In this document: piece by piece, positions 62,370 through 64,000 of the stretch
How the letters are laid out: every line of letters begins with the position of its first letter
Numbering within the stretch: position 1 is the first letter of the stretch
Source of the DNA: an uncultured bacterium
GTDB lineage: Bacteria > Verrucomicrobiota > Verrucomicrobiia > Limisphaerales > UBA8199
Assembly (NCBI GenBank): GCA_963749495.1
Contig: CAVVMW010000012.1
Coordinates: 512,001-576,000, forward strand
Reading direction: 5' to 3'
DNA length: 64,000 nt
The notes under the pieces: generated by a model
Databases searched by the model: none
The model's input: only the letters and a program-made list of their open reading frames with translations
Told to the model about the DNA's origin: nothing
Position numbers and translations under genes: made by a program

Positions 62370-62903
62370 ATGAAAAACTTCCAGGAAAACCTGTTCGTCG
62401 TCCTGGCCCTCGGCCTGTGCGGCTTGTGTGTTTATCAATGGCAGGGCCAGACTGTGCAGCGCACCGAACTCCAAAGGCTCGAGCGGGTGGTTTATGACAA
62501 ATCCGCAGCCATCCAGGGCTACACCAACTCGATTCGATCCATGGACGCGCAGATTGCCCGGATGGACGCGCGCATCACAGAACTCAAAGCCACGGCCAAG
62601 ACCAACGCCGACCTCGCCATCAGCCAACAGCGCGAGCTCAACCGCCTGCAACTCACCGCCGAGGCCCTGACCAACCAGGTGGCGGAATACAAGACGGCAG
62701 TCGCCACGCTGCAAGGAAAGTTGAGGGAGGCCTACGACGGCATTCAAAAGCAAAACGACGCCATGAAAGAGCTCGTGGCCCAGCGGGACGAATTCGTCAA
62801 GAAGTTCAATGACAGCGTGATGGACCGCAACCAGGTCGTGAGCAAGTATAACGACCTGGTTCGCCAGGCCGAAAAGAACCAGCCGGCAAGCTCCAAGCAA
62901 TGA
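62370..62903 (+). CDS. Membrane-anchored coiled-coil protein
   Basis: N-terminal TM followed by a heptad-rich helix. Confidence 0.7.
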   Translation: MKNFQENLFVVLALGLCGLCVYQWQGQTVQRTELQRLERVVYDKSAAIQGYTNSIRSMDAQIARMDARITELKATAKTNADLAISQQRELNRLQLTAEALTNQVAEYKTAVATLQGKLREAYDGIQKQNDAMKELVAQRDEFVKKFNDSVMDRNQVVSKYNDLVRQAEKNQPASSKQ

Positions 62904-62953
62904 CATACTACCCGGTCGTCAGCTTGCCCTAAAGCGTGTGGCGACCAACCAAG

Positions 62954-62995
62954 CTCCCTCTCCCCATCCGATGGGGAGAGGGCCGGGGTGAGGGG
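62954..62995 (-). repeat. CCCTCACCCC-type palindromic repeat between convergent genes
   Basis: CCCTCTCCCCAT-CCG-ATGGGGAGAGGG-CCGGGGTGAGGGG. Confidence 0.85.
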
Positions 62996-63049
62996 CCGTC
63001 CCTGTGCAGTGCATCGCACGGACCCCTGAGTAACCGCCGGTCACTGAAC

Positions 63050-64000
63050 CTATCGCAGCAGGCGCACCGCGTTCAGGATCACCGCCATGGCGCCGCCCTC
63101 GTGGAGAATCGCTCCGCCGATGGGGTTTATCCAGCCCAGGCCGGCGGCGGCCACCGACAGAATGTTGAGCCCCACGCTAAACGCGATGTTTTGCCCAATT
63201 ACGCCCAACGTGCGGCGCGAGAGCGCAATCAGCTCGGGCATCCGGGTCAGGTCGTCGCTCAGAAACGCGATGTCCGAGGTCTCCAGTGCCACGTCAGTGC
63301 CGGCTGCGCCCATCGCCACGCCGATGTCCGCAGCCGCCAATGCCGGGGCGTCATTGATCCCATCCCCGACAAAAGTGACGTGGTTGCCCTGCCCTTGCCA
63401 CTCGCGCACCAACCGCATCTTGTCTTCGGGCAGCAACCCGGCATGGACCTCCTCAATCCCCGCTTCGGATGCTATCCCCGCGGCCGCCCGTGGATTGTCC
63501 CCGGTGAGCATGACCAGCCGGATGTTCTGCTGCTTGAGCCGCGAAACGGCTTGCCGGGCTTCCGGGCGAAGGACATCCCGCACTGCTATCAGGCCGGCGA
63601 CGCGGTCGTCCGTGGCTATCGCCAGAATCGTATGGCCTTGGGCTTCCCATTCGTTGGCCTGCCGCTCCCCGGGGCAAGACGGCGTCATGGAAACGGAGAG
63701 TGTGCGCAGCCACTCCGGACGGCCTACTCGCACCCGTTTTCCGTCGACTTGCGCCTCGACACCACAGCCGGCAAACGAGCAAAAGGATGTGGGTTCACTC
63801 AAGGGGATGGCCTCGTTCTCGGCCGCCTGCCTTATGGCCCTGCCCAGAGGGTGTTCACTGAAGCGTTCGGCGCTGGCAGCCAGGCGCAACAAATCCGACC
63901 GGTTCACCGAATCGAGCAGGGCGATCCCCGTCACCGCCGGTTTGCCAATCGTTAATGTCCCTGTCTTGTCGAGGGCCACGATATGGGTCCGTCCCACAGT
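63050..64000 (-). CDS. Heavy-metal P1B-type ATPase, 5'-partial
   Basis: DKTGTLT, SEHPL, MLTGDN, GDGINDAPAL, ILHEG. Confidence 0.93.
   Translation of the reverse strand, partial: TVGRTHIVALDKTGTLTIGKPAVTGIALLDSVNRSDLLRLAASAERFSEHPLGRAIRQAAENEAIPLSEPTSFCSFAGCGVEAQVDGKRVRVGRPEWLRTLSVSMTPSCPGERQANEWEAQGHTILAIATDDRVAGLIAVRDVLRPEARQAVSRLKQQNIRLVMLTGDNPRAAAGIASEAGIEEVHAGLLPEDKMRLVREWQGQGNHVTFVGDGINDAPALAAADIGVAMGAAGTDVALETSDIAFLSDDLTRMPELIALSRRTLGVIGQNIAFSVGLNILSVAAAGLGWINPIGGAILHEGGAMAVILNAVRLLR

Noticed and set aside
62936..63955. Plus-strand 339-aa ORF
   Set aside because: It is antisense to the P-type ATPase.

Overview
GC-rich bacterial DNA, probably Verrucomicrobiota; this is inferred from Tat-exported Gfo/Idh/MocA oxidoreductases, a sulfatase, a C-terminal '...YYRLKR' sorting-type tail and the repeat families. 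The window holds: a possible selenoprotein (in-frame TGA plus hairpin), a hicBA pair, a complete IS5-like element with an AbrB-like passenger gene, carbohydrate and sulfate catabolic genes (several disrupted), a ~14 kb SNF2 helicase / DUF1156 methylase / DUF499 ATPase putative defence locus, sugar catabolism genes, CheB-CheR plus a histidine kinase, a radical SAM enzyme, DUF748, DUF4337, a fused spermidine synthase, and a RAPP-leader-preceded TonB-dependent uptake operon. The most striking signal is that all three core defence genes carry in-frame insertions of palindromic mobile DNA. These include a whole REP-flanked RAYT transposase, a GIY-YIG nuclease, a 20-bp palindromic micro-element and REP doublets, and none of them breaks the reading frame. 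All calls were made by eye from motifs; no database search was run.
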